Positions 61,692 to 64,000 of a DNA stretch of 64,000 bases are shown in pieces. The position numbers and the translations under genes were made by a program. Each line of letters opens with the position of its first letter. Position 1 is the stretch's first letter. The notes under the pieces were generated by a model that searched no databases, had not been told where the DNA came from, and saw only the letters and a list, made by a program, of their open reading frames with translations. Source of the DNA: Acidobacteriota bacterium (GTDB lineage Bacteria > Acidobacteriota > Polarisedimenticolia > SMYD01); the NCBI GenBank assembly GCA_046757405.1, contig JBHHYE010000016.1, positions 48 through 64,047 on the forward strand, written 5' to 3'.

Positions 61692-62360
61692 TCAGACCTG
61701 GCTCCGGCGCTCCTGGATGGCGCGGGCCACCAGGTAAACCCCGAAGAGGATGGGAGCCATGGGCCACCAGTCCTCCAGCCAGTCCAGAGAGAAGGAGAAC
61801 CGCGTGTGTAGGAGCAGGAGGAGGCCGGCCGCGATCAAGGACACTCCGGCTGCCAGGGAACCACGCCTGCTCGCCGCGGCGCGGGCACGGAGTGCCGGCG
61901 CATCGGCCCCTTCGAGAACCTGGTTGCAGAATGCGGCACGGCGCCCCGCGTCGACAATGTTGTAGAGCCAGAAGAAGGGGAGGAAGAGCCCCAGGAACGG
62001 GTACATCACATCCGGAAGCCGGGGCACTGCCAGCAGGGCGATGGTCGTCATGATCACCAGAGCGTGTGCGAACCCCCGCTGGTAGTCCCCCACGTAAATC
62101 TGTCCCAGACCGGGCACCAGGGAAAGGAAGCTGGCAAATCCGGGTGACTTGCGGCGCGGGTCGAAAGGATTGAATGGCTCCCTGGCCCAGCCGCCGCGGT
62201 GAGCCATCCCCGGTGGCGGCGTGCTCTGAAAGGCCGGGCCGGCATCCGGCGGAGGGGTGGAGGCGCCCGGAGCCTGGAGGTCCGGCGCCCTTTCGGCCGG
62301 GGCACCGGATCCTGTGGGCGTGGGACGGTGTGTCTGGGACGGATCTCTGGATTCGTTCAT
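61692..62360 (-). CDS. Membrane protein (TM2-like motif plus LiaF-like TM C-terminus)
   Basis: KSPGFASFLSLVPGLGQIYVG; WWPMAPILFG. Confidence 0.7.
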   Translation of the reverse strand: MNESRDPSQTHRPTPTGSGAPAERAPDLQAPGASTPPPDAGPAFQSTPPPGMAHRGGWAREPFNPFDPRRKSPGFASFLSLVPGLGQIYVGDYQRGFAHALVIMTTIALLAVPRLPDVMYPFLGLFLPFFWLYNIVDAGRRAAFCNQVLEGADAPALRARAAASRRGSLAAGVSLIAAGLLLLLHTRFSFSLDWLEDWWPMAPILFGVYLVARAIQERRSQV

Positions 62361-62370
62361 GAGTGTCTCC

Positions 62371-63318
62371 CTAGTTTCGAGGTGTCATGTCCTTGGCTTC
62401 TTGGTGGGTCTCTTGATGTTCGGGGGTGGTGAGCTCCTTCCAGACGGCACCCAGGTCGGCGCCCATCGCCGCCAGGGTCGCCCAGGTGCGTGGGAAGTCC
62501 AGGTGCACCAGGGCTGCGCCCAGTTGCCGGCCATGGGAGGGCAGCTGCTGGCCTGCCCCGGCGGCGCGCAGGAAGTGGCTGGACAGCCGGTTCTTCAAGA
62601 TCCCCAGGGGCCCGGCCACGCGAGGACCACCGGTCTCCCAGCCGCTGCGAGTCCAGGCAGTGACCCGGGCGGGGACGCCGGCGAGAGGTGATGCTTCCGG
62701 TGCCTGCCCCGGCTGAACCTGGACCAGGGCCAGCGCCCGCCGTGGCGTCTCCCGGAGGGGCGAGAAGGGGGTCCCGAAGACCAGCGCGAGAACAGCAGCT
62801 CCGATGTAGGCTGCCTCCAGGGCGAAGCGGGGCCGCCGGAGAAGGCTCATGGAATCCTCGTACCATCGCCGCAGGCGCCGCACCAGCCTCCGGTCAAGTG
62901 GCCGGGTGCGGGCGAGGACATCCCGGCAGAAGCGGGCATCCGGTGTGGCGCGGCACAGAGAAGGCAGATCCTCCCGGAGGAGGGACAGGACGCGGGCCAC
63001 CGCCATGCATTCCGCGCAGGATGCCATGTGGCCGGCCACCAGATCGCCCTCCATCGCAGCGAGGGATCCATCGACGCGTTCGCAGAGCAGGGCCTGTGCC
63101 CGGCCGCAGACCCGGCCGCTGGTTCGCTCCAGGACCGAGGCGACGAGGTTCGCGGGTGGTTTCATGGCGGGCACCTGGAGTGGGCCGCGGGCCGCGGCTT
63201 CCAGCGCGCGGCAGCGCGGGCAGTCGGCCAGATGCTCCTGGAAACGGCGCCGGGCGGTGGGAGAGAGGCGGCCGTCCAGATGCCCGGCGAGAAGCGCCTC
63301 GAAGGTCCTGCAGCTCAT
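62371..63318 (-). CDS. Anti-sigma factor with two zf-HC2 zinc fingers
   Basis: HLADCPRC and HMASCAEC, then a TM helix; coupled to the sigma gene. Confidence 0.8.
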   Translation of the reverse strand: MSCRTFEALLAGHLDGRLSPTARRRFQEHLADCPRCRALEAAARGPLQVPAMKPPANLVASVLERTSGRVCGRAQALLCERVDGSLAAMEGDLVAGHMASCAECMAVARVLSLLREDLPSLCRATPDARFCRDVLARTRPLDRRLVRRLRRWYEDSMSLLRRPRFALEAAYIGAAVLALVFGTPFSPLRETPRRALALVQVQPGQAPEASPLAGVPARVTAWTRSGWETGGPRVAGPLGILKNRLSSHFLRAAGAGQQLPSHGRQLGAALVHLDFPRTWATLAAMGADLGAVWKELTTPEHQETHQEAKDMTPRN

Positions 63319-63943
63319 GGCGCGCAACCGTAAGAGGGGTCCATGCCCAGGATGGTCCGGGCCAGCTCGACCCGCGCCCGGCTGGAGCGGGACTTCACGG
63401 TGCCCAGGGGGACCGCCAGGAGATCGGCGATCTCTCTCAGGTTCAGGCCCTGAATATCCTTGAGAAGAATCATCTCCCGATTCTGCCGGCTGAGCCGGCG
63501 CAGGGCCCGCTGGATCAGGCGCCGGCGATCGAGAGAGATGGTCTGTTCTTGCGGATTCCGCCTGGAGTCGGCGAGCTCACAGCCGTCCTCCACGCGCCGG
63601 TCTGAACGTGGAGGGCGGGTCGTGCGCCGGCGCAGGTGATCGATGCAAACGTTGCGGGCGACGCGGAGCATCCACGGGAGAAAAGCCTGGTTTCCCTGGA
63701 ACGTTCCCAGGCGCCTGTAAATGCGGACAAAGATGTCCTGGGCCAGGTCGCGGGCCTCATCTTGATTGTGAACATAATGGAAGGCGAATCCGTAGATGCG
63801 TATTGATACCTGAGCACCAGCGCCTCCCATGCCAGTTCGTCTCCCTGGAGGCAACGATCCAGCAAGCGGTCCGGCTCCTCCACCCGGTGTCCCCTCGGGC
63901 GTGGTCCGGCCGGCGGTTCATCCGGCTGCCCTCTCCCGTCCAC
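63315..63943 (-). pseudogene. ECF sigma factor with a one-base frameshift near 63805 (pseudogene or sequencing error)
   Basis: GDELAWEALVLRYQ in one frame; RIYGFA...ARDLAQD...WMLRVARN...GTVKSRSSRAR in another. Confidence 0.82.
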
Positions 63944-64000
63944 AAAGATAAGGACGCATGGGGCCTGGAAAGGTTCGGTCAGGCCGCGGCCGCCGGCTTG

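Overview
A GC-rich bacterial chromosomal window. Its gene content (three Hanks-type Ser/Thr kinases with TolB-like or TPR domains, ECF sigma/zf-HC2 anti-sigma/CHAT modules, many secreted peptidases) resembles Acidobacteriota; this assignment is inference only. The main result is missed by the ORF track: three genes carry in-frame TGA codons exactly at catalytic or metal-binding Cys positions, each followed by a SECIS-like hairpin. They are (i) a thioredoxin-fold lipoprotein with UxxC (1231-1635), (ii) a secreted heavy-metal-associated (HMA/MerP-like) protein whose GMTCxxC site reads GMT-U-PL-U, with two Sec codons and two tandem hairpins (17911-18474, minus), and (iii) a TxxU peroxiredoxin fused to a CGFS glutaredoxin-like domain (42308-43069). 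The double-Sec HMA gene lies behind an NHL beta-propeller gene and a MerR-type promoter (TTGACC-20 bp dyad-TATCCT), upstream of tupABC, suggesting a metal-inducible selenoprotein operon. Also present: a Cys-rich leader peptide with anti-SD elements before a porin, a DsrE-like triad with a persulfide dioxygenase-rhodanese plus a decayed paralogous triad, a truncated IS3 inside a kinase gene, an ArsR-led pstSCAB operon, a PsrA-like TetR/RND efflux operon, a Gld-like ABC system and housekeeping genes. Frameshifts and deletions cluster at 1.6-12.5 kb and 41-42 kb. No rRNA, tRNA or CRISPR array was recognised. All family calls come from motif recognition, not database searches.
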